In this document: piece by piece, positions 17,991 to 28,847 of the stretch
Layout: the number at the start of each line of letters is the position of its first letter
How positions within the stretch are numbered: the stretch's first letter is position 1
Source of the DNA: Methylophaga frappieri
GTDB taxonomy: Bacteria; Pseudomonadota; Gammaproteobacteria; Nitrosococcales; Methylophagaceae
DNA: 32,000 nucleotides
Reading direction: 5' to 3'
Assembly: GCF_000260965.1 (NCBI RefSeq)
Contig: NC_017856.1
Coordinates: forward strand, 1,980,001 to 2,012,000
The notes under the pieces: model-generated
Seen by the model: only the letters and a program-made list of their open reading frames with translations
What the model was told of the DNA's origin: nothing
Databases searched by the model: none
Made by a program: the position numbers and the translations under genes

Positions 17991-18584
17991 TTACAATGCG
18001 CCTTTGGTTGAAGGTAACTGACCGGCAGCACGCTCATCAATGCTAACAGCCATCCTTAAAGCACGACCAAATGCTTTGAAAATGGTCTCAGCAATGTGGT
18101 GGGCATTGCGTCCTTTCAGATTATCAATGTGCAGCGTAATGCCCGCATGGTTGACGAGCCCCTGAAAGAACTCGTAGAACAATTCGACATCGAATTCGCC
18201 AATTTTGTCACGGGTAAAAGTGACATCAAATTCCAGTCCTGGTCGTCCTGATAAATCAAGCACAACGCGGGATAAGGCTTCATCAAGCGGCACATAGGCA
18301 TGACCGTAGCGAATAATGCCTTTTTTATCGCCTAATGCTTTTTTAAGGGCCTGCCCGATAGTAATGCCCGTATCTTCAACCGTATGGTGCGCATCAATAT
18401 GCAGGTCACCATTAGCTTTGATATCCAAATCAAACAGCCCATGTCGAGCAATTTGCTCCATCATGTGTTCTAGGAAGGGGACACCGGTCACGGCTTTGAA
18501 TTGGCCTGACCCATCCAAGTTGAGAGAAACCTCAATTTGGGTTTCGAGCGTGTTACGCGCAATTATTGCGCTGCGAGCGGTCAT
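17991..18584 (-). CDS. hisB: Imidazoleglycerol-phosphate dehydratase
   Basis: [16 protein letters not shown]...HHTVEDTGI...GRNAHHIAE are the HisB dehydratase motifs. I prefer the ATG at 18584, which has an AGGA SD about 7 nt upstream, over the track start at 18611. It is a monofunctional form. Confidence 0.9.
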   Translation of the reverse strand: MTARSAIIARNTLETQIEVSLNLDGSGQFKAVTGVPFLEHMMEQIARHGLFDLDIKANGDLHIDAHHTVEDTGITIGQALKKALGDKKGIIRYGHAYVPLDEALSRVVLDLSGRPGLEFDVTFTRDKIGEFDVELFYEFFQGLVNHAGITLHIDNLKGRNAHHIAETIFKAFGRALRMAVSIDERAAGQLPSTKGAL

Positions 18585-18683
18585 GATTTTTCCTGAAAAT
18601 TTCCGAATCAAAGCAAATAATAACCGTTTGAGGCTAGTGTTTAAAGCGTTATCATGTCGTAAACGGCCACGCTAGGAAATAAC

Positions 18684-19433
18684 ATGGGTCAAGCAGACAG
18701 TTTACTACCGCTGATAAAGGATGTTGCCAAGGCCGAACAGGCACAAACCTTGGCTTGTCAGTCTTGCGCGTTGTATCGGCTTTGCTTGCCATTGGGGCTG
18801 CATCGCGAGGATTTGGTTGCACTGGATCAAATCATTCGCCGGCGCGACAGTTTTCGCCGAGGACAACGCCTGTTTGAAAGTGGCTGTGATCTGACATCAC
18901 TTTACGTAGTGCGCAGCGGCGCATTCAAAACAACGGTGTCAGCTAAAGATGGCAGAGAGCAAGTGACGGGGTTTTATTTCCCTGGAGAATTTATTGGGCT
19001 GGATGCACTCCATCTAAATACCTACCCTTCCACAGCTCGAGCTTTGGAACTGAGCAGTGTTTGCGCGTTACCTTTTGATAAGCTCCAAATGGTCAGCAAA
19101 TCGATTCCCGCGTTACAACATCAATTACTGACGCGGTTGAGCAGAGCCTTATCTGACGACAAAGACTTGTTGTTGTCGCTAGGCCAAAAATCAGCTGAGG
19201 AAAAGTTGGTGACGTTTTTAATAGCGCTGTCAACGCGTTTCAGTGAGCGTGGTTTTTCTGCGTATAACTTTCAGTTGCCGATGTCGCGGGGTGACATTGC
19301 CAACCATTTAGGTCTGGCATTAGAAACGGTTAGCCGTATTTTTACCCGTTTACAACAAGCAGATCTGATCGCGGTGCAGGGAAAATCTTTGACTTTGTTA
19401 CAACCAGAGGCGTTGCAAACTAAAGCAGGCTAA
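18684..19433 (+). CDS. fnr: FNR/Anr-type oxygen-sensing Crp-family transcription regulator
   Basis: It has the N-terminal Cys cluster C-X2-C-X5-C (CQSCALYRLC) plus a central Cys (SSVCALPF). The HTH carries the FNR-type recognition residues (LALETVSRIFTRL; compare E. coli ETISR). Confidence 0.88.
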   Translation: MGQADSLLPLIKDVAKAEQAQTLACQSCALYRLCLPLGLHREDLVALDQIIRRRDSFRRGQRLFESGCDLTSLYVVRSGAFKTTVSAKDGREQVTGFYFPGEFIGLDALHLNTYPSTARALELSSVCALPFDKLQMVSKSIPALQHQLLTRLSRALSDDKDLLLSLGQKSAEEKLVTFLIALSTRFSERGFSAYNFQLPMSRGDIANHLGLALETVSRIFTRLQQADLIAVQGKSLTLLQPEALQTKAG

Positions 19434-19445
19434 AACGCATCATCG

Positions 19446-19459
19446 TTGATCTGGATCAA
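19446..19459 (+). promoter_or_regulatory. Consensus FNR box TTGAT-CTGG-ATCAA within a class II-type promoter for ompW
   Basis: The sequence is a perfect match to TTGAT-N4-ATCAA. A TATGAT -10 candidate lies at 19481-19486, which places the box centre at roughly -41 relative to the inferred start site. The ompW ATG is at 19519 with a GGAG SD. Confidence 0.8.
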
Positions 19460-19518
19460 AGCGACTTTATTCACCCTTTGTATGATGAAAACACCACAAC
19501 ATCATACGGAGCGGTTTC

Positions 19519-20193
19519 ATGTTTTTTCGTCATTTTTCGTCATTGTTAATAGGATTATCCTTCGCCTCAGCTAGTTTGCCTGCATTTGCCTATGAGGCCG
19601 GTGATTGGCTGATTCGCGGGCGTGTAATAACGGTTCAACCCCAAGATCACAGCGGTACCCTGCACATTAATGATGCGGATACGCATCTCGCTGGGGTCAA
19701 AGTGGATAACGATACGGTACCCGAACTCGATATTACCTATATGTTGACTCGGCATTGGGGGCTAGAGTTAATCCTGGGCTTTTCAGAGCATACGGTTACC
19801 GGTGAAAAAAACTGGCAGGCGCTTGGAGACGTTATTGACAGCAAAGTGTTACCACCCACATTGACGTTTCAATATCACTTTCGACCTGACGCTGCCATAC
19901 GCCCTTATGTCGGTGCTGGAATTAACTACACTTACTTTTTTGATAGTAAAGTGCCGAATGCCTCACCACTGGCGCAGTCTGGTGATGAGGTATCGCTCGA
20001 TAGCTCATGGGGTTTAGCCGTTCAGGCCGGTATGGATGTGGCGTTAGGAGCGGATTGGTTTGTGAATCTGGATGTGAAATATCTGGATATTGATACCACC
20101 GCGTACTTTAAAAACACCAGCGTTGGTCGCGCTAAAATTAATGCGGAAATTGATCCCCTGGTTTGGGGGGTGGGCATTGGTCGGCGTTTTTAA
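19519..20193 (+). CDS. ompW: Outer membrane protein OmpW (8-stranded beta-barrel)
   Basis: It has a signal peptide (ASASLPAFA/YEAG), alternating beta-strand patterns with PYVGAGINYT, and a C-terminal aromatic residue (GIGRRF). Confidence 0.88.
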   Translation: MFFRHFSSLLIGLSFASASLPAFAYEAGDWLIRGRVITVQPQDHSGTLHINDADTHLAGVKVDNDTVPELDITYMLTRHWGLELILGFSEHTVTGEKNWQALGDVIDSKVLPPTLTFQYHFRPDAAIRPYVGAGINYTYFFDSKVPNASPLAQSGDEVSLDSSWGLAVQAGMDVALGADWFVNLDVKYLDIDTTAYFKNTSVGRAKINAEIDPLVWGVGIGRRF

Positions 20194-20205
20194 GGCGATT
20201 TGGCA

Positions 20206-21744
20206 TCAGGTCTTGGGTTTTAGCAGGCTGGAAAGACGAATTCCCAGTGCAAACAGGATCAGAAAATAACTGAATGCCCCACCGCCAATGAGCATCGCAA
20301 GCCACTGACTTCGTTGCCAGGCAGTGGCTTGTTGCCAGCTACTGATGTCGGGATTCAGTGTGATTAAAAACAGCACCAATAGCCCGTTTGCGGCAATCAG
20401 GCGTAGGTAAAAACCCAGCCAGCCTGGGTTGGGTTGATAAATCGCGGCTTTTCTCAGGCCGTGATAGAGCAGAAATGCATTCAACATCGCGGACAGTGCA
20501 GTCGCTAAAGCCAGTCCGACATGAGCGAGATAGAGCATCAACACGATATTTAGCCCCATGTTCGCCACCATGGCGATAATGCCAATACGAACTGGGGTTT
20601 TGGTGTCTTGTCTGGCGAAGTAGCCAGGCGCTAAGACTTTAATAAAAATAAAAGGCAGTAAGCCAATGCTGTATGCCATCAGGCTGCGGGCTGCCTGATG
20701 GGCATCTTCGGTACTAAAAGCACCATATTGAAATAAGGCCAGCAGCAACGGTTCAGCGAGTAGGAACAGCCCAAGCATAGCAGGTGTGCCGATTAAAAAA
20801 ACCCAGCGTAAGCCCCAATCCAGAGTATTTGAAAAAGCGATACCAGAGGCGCTGGCATGTTTTTTCGATAAATTTGGCAATATCACCGTTGCCAGTGCAA
20901 TACCAAACACGCCCAACGGAAATTCAACCAACCGGTCCGAATAATAGAGCCAGGAAATACTGCCAGTGACTAAAAACGAGGCCAGTAATGTGTCCAGTAA
21001 TAAATTGATTTGCGCGACGGAGACACCAAACATTGCCGGCAGCATCAGTTTCAGAATTTTTTGTACGCCCTCATCTCGCCAACCCCAACGCGGCTTGGGT
21101 AAACTGCCAATGCGTTGCAGAAATGGCAGCTGAAACAAGAGCTGCACGATCCCACCAATAAAGACGCCCCAGGCAAGTGCTGTGACCGGAGTTTCCATCA
21201 GTGGCGCCAGCCAAATCGCCGCACCTATCAATGATAGGTTCAGAAATACAGGCGTAAACGCAGGCACCGCAAATTTGCCGAAACTGTTTAAAATGGCACC
21301 GCATAACGCAGTGAGTGAGACAAATAGCAAATAAGGAAAGGTAATTGCCAAAAGCTTTGCTGCCAGCGCCATTTTATCTGGTTCATCAACAAAGCCAGGC
21401 GCAAAAATAGTGATGATGACGGGCGCAGCGAAAACGCCAATCAATGTGATAAAAAATAAAATACCAAACAAGGTGCCGCTGGTTGCTGCTATCAAACTGC
21501 GCAGGTCTTGTTCTCCCCGTTCTTTGAATTCGGCCATCACCGGGATAAACGCCTGAGAAAACGCACCTTCAGCAAACAAGCGTCTCAGGAAATTGGGGAT
21601 CTTGAAGGCGACAAAAAATACATCCGCACCGACACCGGCACCAAAAAATCGGGCGATAACAATGTCACGGACAAAGCCCAGAATTCGTGATAAAAAAGTC
21701 ATGGCGCTAACGATGAGCGTTGACTGAAACAATTTTTCTTTCAT
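20206..21744 (-). CDS. murJ: Lipid II flippase MurJ
   Basis: 512-aa polytopic protein. The N-terminus SAMTFLSRILGFVRDIVIARFFGAG is the MurJ/MviN signature. Confidence 0.9.
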   Translation of the reverse strand: MKEKLFQSTLIVSAMTFLSRILGFVRDIVIARFFGAGVGADVFFVAFKIPNFLRRLFAEGAFSQAFIPVMAEFKERGEQDLRSLIAATSGTLFGILFFITLIGVFAAPVIITIFAPGFVDEPDKMALAAKLLAITFPYLLFVSLTALCGAILNSFGKFAVPAFTPVFLNLSLIGAAIWLAPLMETPVTALAWGVFIGGIVQLLFQLPFLQRIGSLPKPRWGWRDEGVQKILKLMLPAMFGVSVAQINLLLDTLLASFLVTGSISWLYYSDRLVEFPLGVFGIALATVILPNLSKKHASASGIAFSNTLDWGLRWVFLIGTPAMLGLFLLAEPLLLALFQYGAFSTEDAHQAARSLMAYSIGLLPFIFIKVLAPGYFARQDTKTPVRIGIIAMVANMGLNIVLMLYLAHVGLALATALSAMLNAFLLYHGLRKAAIYQPNPGWLGFYLRLIAANGLLVLFLITLNPDISSWQQATAWQRSQWLAMLIGGGAFSYFLILFALGIRLSSLLKPKT

Positions 21745-21800
21745 GTCTTAGTATCTCACGGGCCAGCCGCCGAGTTAGTTATTTAGAGGAGCCGGATGCT

Positions 21801-22424
21801 TTGCAGGGTTTGATTAAAAATATGCATTCTAAGCGTTTTTTGCTGATTTATCTTGGGCTTGTGGCGGTATTACTGCTAATTTTTTTTGATGGTCAGCAAC
21901 GTCAGCAACCCACCCGACTTGCCGAATCAACTGATCGGTCAATGAAGTCATTTCGATTAACACCCCCACTTCCTTTACCGCAGGTTTTGCTGAGAGACCA
22001 ACATCAGGCACTATTCACAAACACCCGGTTTTTAACGCGCTGGACCTTTATATATCTCTATGATGGGTCTTGCCAGCCCAATTGCCAGGCGATTTGGCAG
22101 GTATTACAAAATCTTGCAGATCGGCATCATGGTACCCAGTTGCAATTTGCTGTTATCGACAGAACGACTACCCAAAAACCAGCGTTACCTTTACCAATTG
22201 GTGCTGGAAGCAATCGATATTGGCTATTCGACACGACAGGAGAATCCCCACTAACCTCGTTTTTTGTAGAGCGTCATCAATACCTTGGTACAACCAGTTT
22301 CTTTCTCATAGGCCCTGATGGGCTATGGCATGCCGGTTTTCAAGCGCCATTTACCTCGGCGGCATTACAGCAAGCCTATATTGCGTTACGTGACGAATTT
22401 GCTCGTCACAACTCACTTGACTGA
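21801..22424 (+). CDS. SCO1/SenC-like thioredoxin-fold membrane-anchored protein with a CxxxC motif
   Basis: WTFIYLYDGSCQPNCQ aligns by eye with SCO WLLIYFGFTHCPDVCP, and FFLIGPDG aligns with YLIGPDG. The start is uncertain. The TTG at 21801 follows an AGAGGAG SD by 9 nt. The ATG at 21822 has no SD. The track start at 21720 would overlap murJ. Confidence 0.55.
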   Translation: MQGLIKNMHSKRFLLIYLGLVAVLLLIFFDGQQRQQPTRLAESTDRSMKSFRLTPPLPLPQVLLRDQHQALFTNTRFLTRWTFIYLYDGSCQPNCQAIWQVLQNLADRHHGTQLQFAVIDRTTTQKPALPLPIGAGSNRYWLFDTTGESPLTSFFVERHQYLGTTSFFLIGPDGLWHAGFQAPFTSAALQQAYIALRDEFARHNSLD

Positions 22425-23324
22425 ATCATTCAAGGCACTCACAAAACTTTGTGCCAATTGTGTCAGTGCCAAGGTACGACGAAAGCTTGGTCGCCAAACA
22501 AGCCCAATGTCCCGTTTGGCCATGTCATCACCTGATAGCGGACGCAAATCAATGTCGGCGTGTTTGACCATATCTGAGTGCACCGCCATTTCTGGAATTA
22601 GCGTAATACCTAAGCCACTGGCGACCATTTCTATCAATGTATACAGGCTGGTCGCCTGAAAGCTTTTTCGTTGACTGGTCACGGGAAGCTGACAGGCACT
22701 TAACGCATGCTCACGCATACAATGGCCATCGGCGAGCAGTAGTAATTCCCCGACGGGTAGCATATCGGGCGCGATTTGCTTCTGCTGGCTCAAGGCATGA
22801 TTTTTAGGCAGCGCAACCCAGAAACGTTCCGCCGTGAAGATTTGGGTGCTGAGATTGCGGGTGTTGAAGGGAAATGCCAATACGGCGACATCAATCGTGC
22901 CGGCCTCGATTTGCTCCAGTAATCGTTCAGATTGATCTTCAACCAGCAATACCTCAAGTTGCGGGAGTTGTTTGCGTACGGTAGGTAATACTCTGGGCAA
23001 TAAAAACGGGCTAATGGTGGGGATCACACCAATGCGAATGCGGCCTGCCAACGGATTATTCGCAGAATGGGCCAGATCAACCAAATCATCAGTCTGCGAT
23101 AAAATTTGTCTGGCTCGTCGGGCAATCTCCTCCCCCATGGGAGTGGTTAATACTTTTCGATTAGTTCGCTCTAAGAGGGCTGTTTCCAGAAGATCTTCCA
23201 GATCCTGAATGCCGGCGCTGAGCGTCGATTGTGTGACAAAGCATTTTTCCGCGGCCTTACCAAAATGTTTTTCTTCGACAACAGCAGAGAGATATTGCAA
23301 TTGGCGTAAAGTTGGTAAACGCAT
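22413..23324 (-). CDS. oxyR: LysR-family peroxide-sensing regulator OxyR
   Basis: It has a LysR HTH N-terminus. The redox Cys pair is in the conserved context and spacing (LLLADGHCMREHALSAC versus E. coli LMLEDGHCLRDQAMGFC, Cys199/Cys208). Confidence 0.82.
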   Translation of the reverse strand: MRLPTLRQLQYLSAVVEEKHFGKAAEKCFVTQSTLSAGIQDLEDLLETALLERTNRKVLTTPMGEEIARRARQILSQTDDLVDLAHSANNPLAGRIRIGVIPTISPFLLPRVLPTVRKQLPQLEVLLVEDQSERLLEQIEAGTIDVAVLAFPFNTRNLSTQIFTAERFWVALPKNHALSQQKQIAPDMLPVGELLLLADGHCMREHALSACQLPVTSQRKSFQATSLYTLIEMVASGLGITLIPEMAVHSDMVKHADIDLRPLSGDDMAKRDIGLVWRPSFRRTLALTQLAQSFVSALNDSVK

Positions 23325-23369
23325 AATCGAAAATTCCTGTTATTAACACGAAAATCATTTGTTAGACAT

Positions 23370-23415
23370 ACGTTATCACAGCTTTTAAAATTGAAGCATA
23401 AAAATAAGATAACGT
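23370..23415. promoter_or_regulatory. Inverted repeat ACGTTATC ... GATAACGT in the oxyR/rubredoxin divergent promoter region, candidate LysR/OxyR operator
   Basis: The arms are perfect 8-bp repeats at 23370-23377 and 23408-23415, with 10 of 12 matches if extended. They are separated by an AT-rich 30-nt spacer. Function is inferred from position only. Confidence 0.35.
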
Positions 23416-23432
23416 GTTAAGAGAGGTGAACC

Positions 23433-23597
23433 ATGCGACAGTGGCAATGTATCGTTTGTGGCTTTATCTATGATGAAGCTGAAGGCTTGCCTGAAGAAGG
23501 TATCGCGCCGGGGACTGCTTGGGAAGATATTCCAGATGACTGGGAATGTCCGGAATGCGGTGTGGGCAAAGAAGATTTTGAGATGATTGAGCTTTAA
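23433..23597 (+). CDS. Rubredoxin (54 aa)
   Basis: My translation is [54 protein letters not shown]. It has two CxxCG knuckles and the conserved aromatic core. A GAGAGG SD lies 7 nt upstream. At 54 aa it is too short to appear in the supplied ORF track, whose shortest entries are 60 aa. Confidence 0.9.
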   Translation: MRQWQCIVCGFIYDEAEGLPEEGIAPGTAWEDIPDDWECPECGVGKEDFEMIEL

Positions 23598-23665
23598 AGC
23601 GTGAGCAAGACTTAAACTTCTAGTCAGTTAGTCAGTCTTACCCATTGAGCCTTAATCAGGTGCGG

Positions 23666-23722
23666 ATGCATTTACAGCGATTAACTTTGGAACGATTCAG
23701 AAAAAGCATGAAATGTGATTAA
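23666..23722 (+). other. 18-codon upstream ORF (MHLQRLTLERFRKSMKCD) that overlaps the recF start and mimics a RecF N-terminus
   Basis: The ATG at 23666 is preceded by AGGTG. The TAA stop at 23720-23722 lies 3 nt past the recF GTG (23715-23717). Positions 23675-23704 match recF 23721-23750 at 20 of 30 nt, at a 46-nt offset. Confidence 0.3.
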
Positions 23723-24785
23723 GCAAATAAGGCTGGATCAATTCCGAAACATTCACACAGCAACGCTCACGCCCGCAGCGCAAGTAAACCTTTTTGTCGG
23801 TGATAATGGCGCCGGCAAAACCAGCTTGCTTGAGGCGGTTTATTTACTCGGTATGGGTCGCTCATTTCGAACGGCTAACCTAAAACAACTCATTGAAACG
23901 GATCAAGATTACTGCCGCGTTATTGCAAAGCTTAACGATGATATTCCGGCTGGGTTGCAGCTTGATAGCCGTCACGGACTGCAAATTCGATTGAATAACG
24001 CGCCATTAAAAAAGTTATCTGAGCTGGCCAGTCACCTGCCCTTACAGTTTATTCCCGCTAATTGTCATGCCTTTTTCGAGCAGGGACCAAAGTTCCGTCG
24101 TAAGCAAGTTGACTGGGGATTGTTTCACGTGGAACCGAGCTTTTTGTTTCATTGGCAGTCTTATAAAAAAGCATTACAACATCGTAATGCGGCTATTCGC
24201 CAGAATAAAACAGATAGCGAAATTAGCCTTTGGCATGTGGCCTTAGTCAATCACGGCATGAAAATTCATGATTTACGATTGCGCTATCTTGAACAACTTT
24301 TAGTGATATTTGAACAGGTTTTCAAGACAATTAGTGATGGATTTGATGATGCGGTAGTCAGTCTGCGTTATCAACCTGGTTGGCCTAAAGAAAAAGAATT
24401 TGCGCAGGTTTTGAATGAAACCATTGAGCGTGATCGAATATTAAATTACACCCGTGCTGGTGTGCACGCAGCAGATTGGTCGTTCAAAATCAATCAATCA
24501 GAACCAAGCGAACAACTATCGCGTGGTCAACAAAAACTGTATTTTTTAGCCATTAGTCTGGCTCAAATTCACTGGTTGATCTCCAAAGGCAATCATCAAA
24601 GCGTACTGCTTATTGATGATTTGTGTTCCGAGCTAGATCATTGGCATCAAGAAAAAGTACTTAATTATCTATCAAGCTTGTCTGTACAAAGCTACATCTC
24701 AAGCACTAATCTAGCACTTCCTGAATACTTGCCCAAAGAGGGACAGCACCAAGTGTTTCACGTGAAACACGGTCAATTTGTTTAG
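23715..24785 (+). CDS. recF: DNA replication and repair protein RecF
   Basis: IKQIRLDQFRNIHTATLTPAAQVNLFVGDNGAGKTSLLEAVYLLGMGRSFR is a typical RecF N-terminus with Walker A. The start is GTG and no SD is visible. Confidence 0.9.
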   Translation: MIKQIRLDQFRNIHTATLTPAAQVNLFVGDNGAGKTSLLEAVYLLGMGRSFRTANLKQLIETDQDYCRVIAKLNDDIPAGLQLDSRHGLQIRLNNAPLKKLSELASHLPLQFIPANCHAFFEQGPKFRRKQVDWGLFHVEPSFLFHWQSYKKALQHRNAAIRQNKTDSEISLWHVALVNHGMKIHDLRLRYLEQLLVIFEQVFKTISDGFDDAVVSLRYQPGWPKEKEFAQVLNETIERDRILNYTRAGVHAADWSFKINQSEPSEQLSRGQQKLYFLAISLAQIHWLISKGNHQSVLLIDDLCSELDHWHQEKVLNYLSSLSVQSYISSTNLALPEYLPKEGQHQVFHVKHGQFV

Positions 24786-24847
24786 CCAAGTAACAGACTG
24801 TCCTTGACTGCTAATCCGGTGTAAAATAAAGGGATAACCCTATTTAG

Positions 24848-27289
<2,442 letters not shown>

Positions 27290-27338
27290 TGGCATTTTAA
27301 CGGCGGTTAAATCTCTTTTTAGGGTCTTACCGCCCTTC

Positions 27339-27373
27339 CATCAAAAAAGGCCCAAAATGGGCCTTTTTTGATG
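27339..27373. terminator. Bidirectional intrinsic terminator between convergent gyrB and ndh
   Basis: Perfect 16-bp inverted repeat CATCAAAAAAGGCCCA-AAA-TGGGCCTTTTTTGATG. It has a GC core stem, an A6 tract on the left and a T6 tract on the right. Confidence 0.8.
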
Positions 27374-27391
27374 CATAACGCTTTGTGAAAC

Positions 27392-28705
27392 TTAATGCAG
27401 TTTGATTTTAGGGTGAACGCTGCGCCGGAATAAATGTGATAGCGACAACATCACCACTCGGAAAGGCCCAAACAGTGCAGTCTGGTGCATTTTGTATAAC
27501 GACAAATACATCATTCGCGCCATGAGTCCTTCAATCATCATACTGCCACGGCTGAGATTACCCATCAGGTTACCAACGGTGCCATAGCGGCCAAGTGAAA
27601 CCAATGAACCATAATCGTGATAGTGATATTCCGGTATGGTTTTGCCTGATAATCGATTACGAATCGATTTATAAACCAGCGAGGCCATTTGGTGTGCTGC
27701 CTGTGCACGAGGTGGCACATTTTGATCCTGCCCTACCCATTTACAAGCTGCGCAGTCACCGATGGCATAAACGTCATCATCAAACGAGGTTTGCAAGGTT
27801 TGCCGAACGACCAATTGATTCATCCAGTTTGTTTCAAGCCCATCGATATCTTTTAAAAATTCCGGTGCTTTAATGCCCGCAGCCCAGACTTTAATCGCGG
27901 AGGGAATATCTTTTCCACTTTGAGTTTTGATTGCCGTATCGGTAACTTCAATGACGCGCTCACCCGTCAAGACACTGACCCCCAACGCTTTGAGCTCACT
28001 CAGTGCTGCTGAAGAAATATTTTCAGGCAGTCCTGGCAAAATACGGTCGGCGGCTTCAATTAACGAAATTTTGACGTCTTGGGGATTAACCTCATCCAGT
28101 CCGTAGGCTGTAAGCAAATGTGACACCTCATGCAACTGCGCGCACAGTTCTACACCTGTTGCGCCGGCCCCAACAATAGCGATATTCAATTGGCCAGCAT
28201 CCAGTGGACGGCCTTGCGTGTGGGCGCGCAGGTAGGATTGCAGTAATTGTTTTTGGAAAGACTCCGCCTGCTTGGTGGTATCCAGGAACTGGCAATGATC
28301 CCGAACACCTTTGATACCAAAATCATGGCTGATACTGCCAACAGAAATGACCAGATAATCGTAATCAAATTCGCGCCGCGGGATGATTTCGACGCCATCT
28401 TCATTAAAGGTTGGTGCAAGAGAAATCTTTTTATTTTGGCGATCTAAGCCGTCCATTCGCCCTAAGCGAAAGCGAAAGCCGCTACAGTTAGCCTGGCTCA
28501 GATATTCGATTTCGTCTTCATGTGAATCAAGCGTTCCCGCCGCAACCTCATGCAGTAAAGGTTTCCAGATGTGCGTGTGCGAACTATCAACCAGCGTGAC
28601 TTGAGCTTTCTTTTTTTTGCCGAGTTTCTTGCCAAGTTTGGTCGCTAACTCAAGACCACCTGCTCCACCTCCGACAACAACAATTTTGGGTACGGTATCT
28701 GACAT
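27392..28705 (-). CDS. ndh: Type II NADH:quinone oxidoreductase (NDH-2)
   Basis: 437 aa with two dinucleotide-binding motifs (KIVVVGGGAGG and IAIVGAGATG). The overall pattern is Ndh-like, including IWKPLLHEVAAG. Confidence 0.88.
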   Translation of the reverse strand: MSDTVPKIVVVGGGAGGLELATKLGKKLGKKKKAQVTLVDSSHTHIWKPLLHEVAAGTLDSHEDEIEYLSQANCSGFRFRLGRMDGLDRQNKKISLAPTFNEDGVEIIPRREFDYDYLVISVGSISHDFGIKGVRDHCQFLDTTKQAESFQKQLLQSYLRAHTQGRPLDAGQLNIAIVGAGATGVELCAQLHEVSHLLTAYGLDEVNPQDVKISLIEAADRILPGLPENISSAALSELKALGVSVLTGERVIEVTDTAIKTQSGKDIPSAIKVWAAGIKAPEFLKDIDGLETNWMNQLVVRQTLQTSFDDDVYAIGDCAACKWVGQDQNVPPRAQAAHQMASLVYKSIRNRLSGKTIPEYHYHDYGSLVSLGRYGTVGNLMGNLSRGSMMIEGLMARMMYLSLYKMHQTALFGPFRVVMLSLSHLFRRSVHPKIKLH

Positions 28706-28797
28706 TTTTTATGATCCCCATTAGTCCATTTGTTTTTTAGTTATTAAGTGCATCTTAACGTATTCATATGCTGCAACCCACGATATTTTTTACTCTA

Positions 28798-28813
28798 TGG
28801 CAGCAGTCTGGCA
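28798..28813 (+). promoter_or_regulatory. Sigma54-like -24/-12 element TGGCAG-N5-TGGCA upstream of the cofactor gene cluster
   Basis: The GG and GC dinucleotides have exactly the TGGCAC-N5-TTGCA spacing, with one mismatch in the -12 element. The element lies about 35 nt upstream of the ATG at 28848. This is a motif match only. Confidence 0.25.
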
Positions 28814-28847
28814 AAATTCTTAATTTAAATGAAAGTGAGATGCCAGA

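Noticed and set aside
22318-22659. 113-aa plus-strand ORF overlapping the 3' part of oxyR in antisense
   Set aside because: It lies within the well-supported OxyR gene in antisense, and has no SD or recognisable motif.
23607-23639. Stem AAGACT/AGTCTT with a tandem TAGTCAGT-TAGTCAGT loop after rubredoxin, considered as a terminator
   Set aside because: The stem is only 6 bp with a 21-nt loop, and no U-tract follows. The evidence is insufficient to call an intrinsic terminator or a repeat element.
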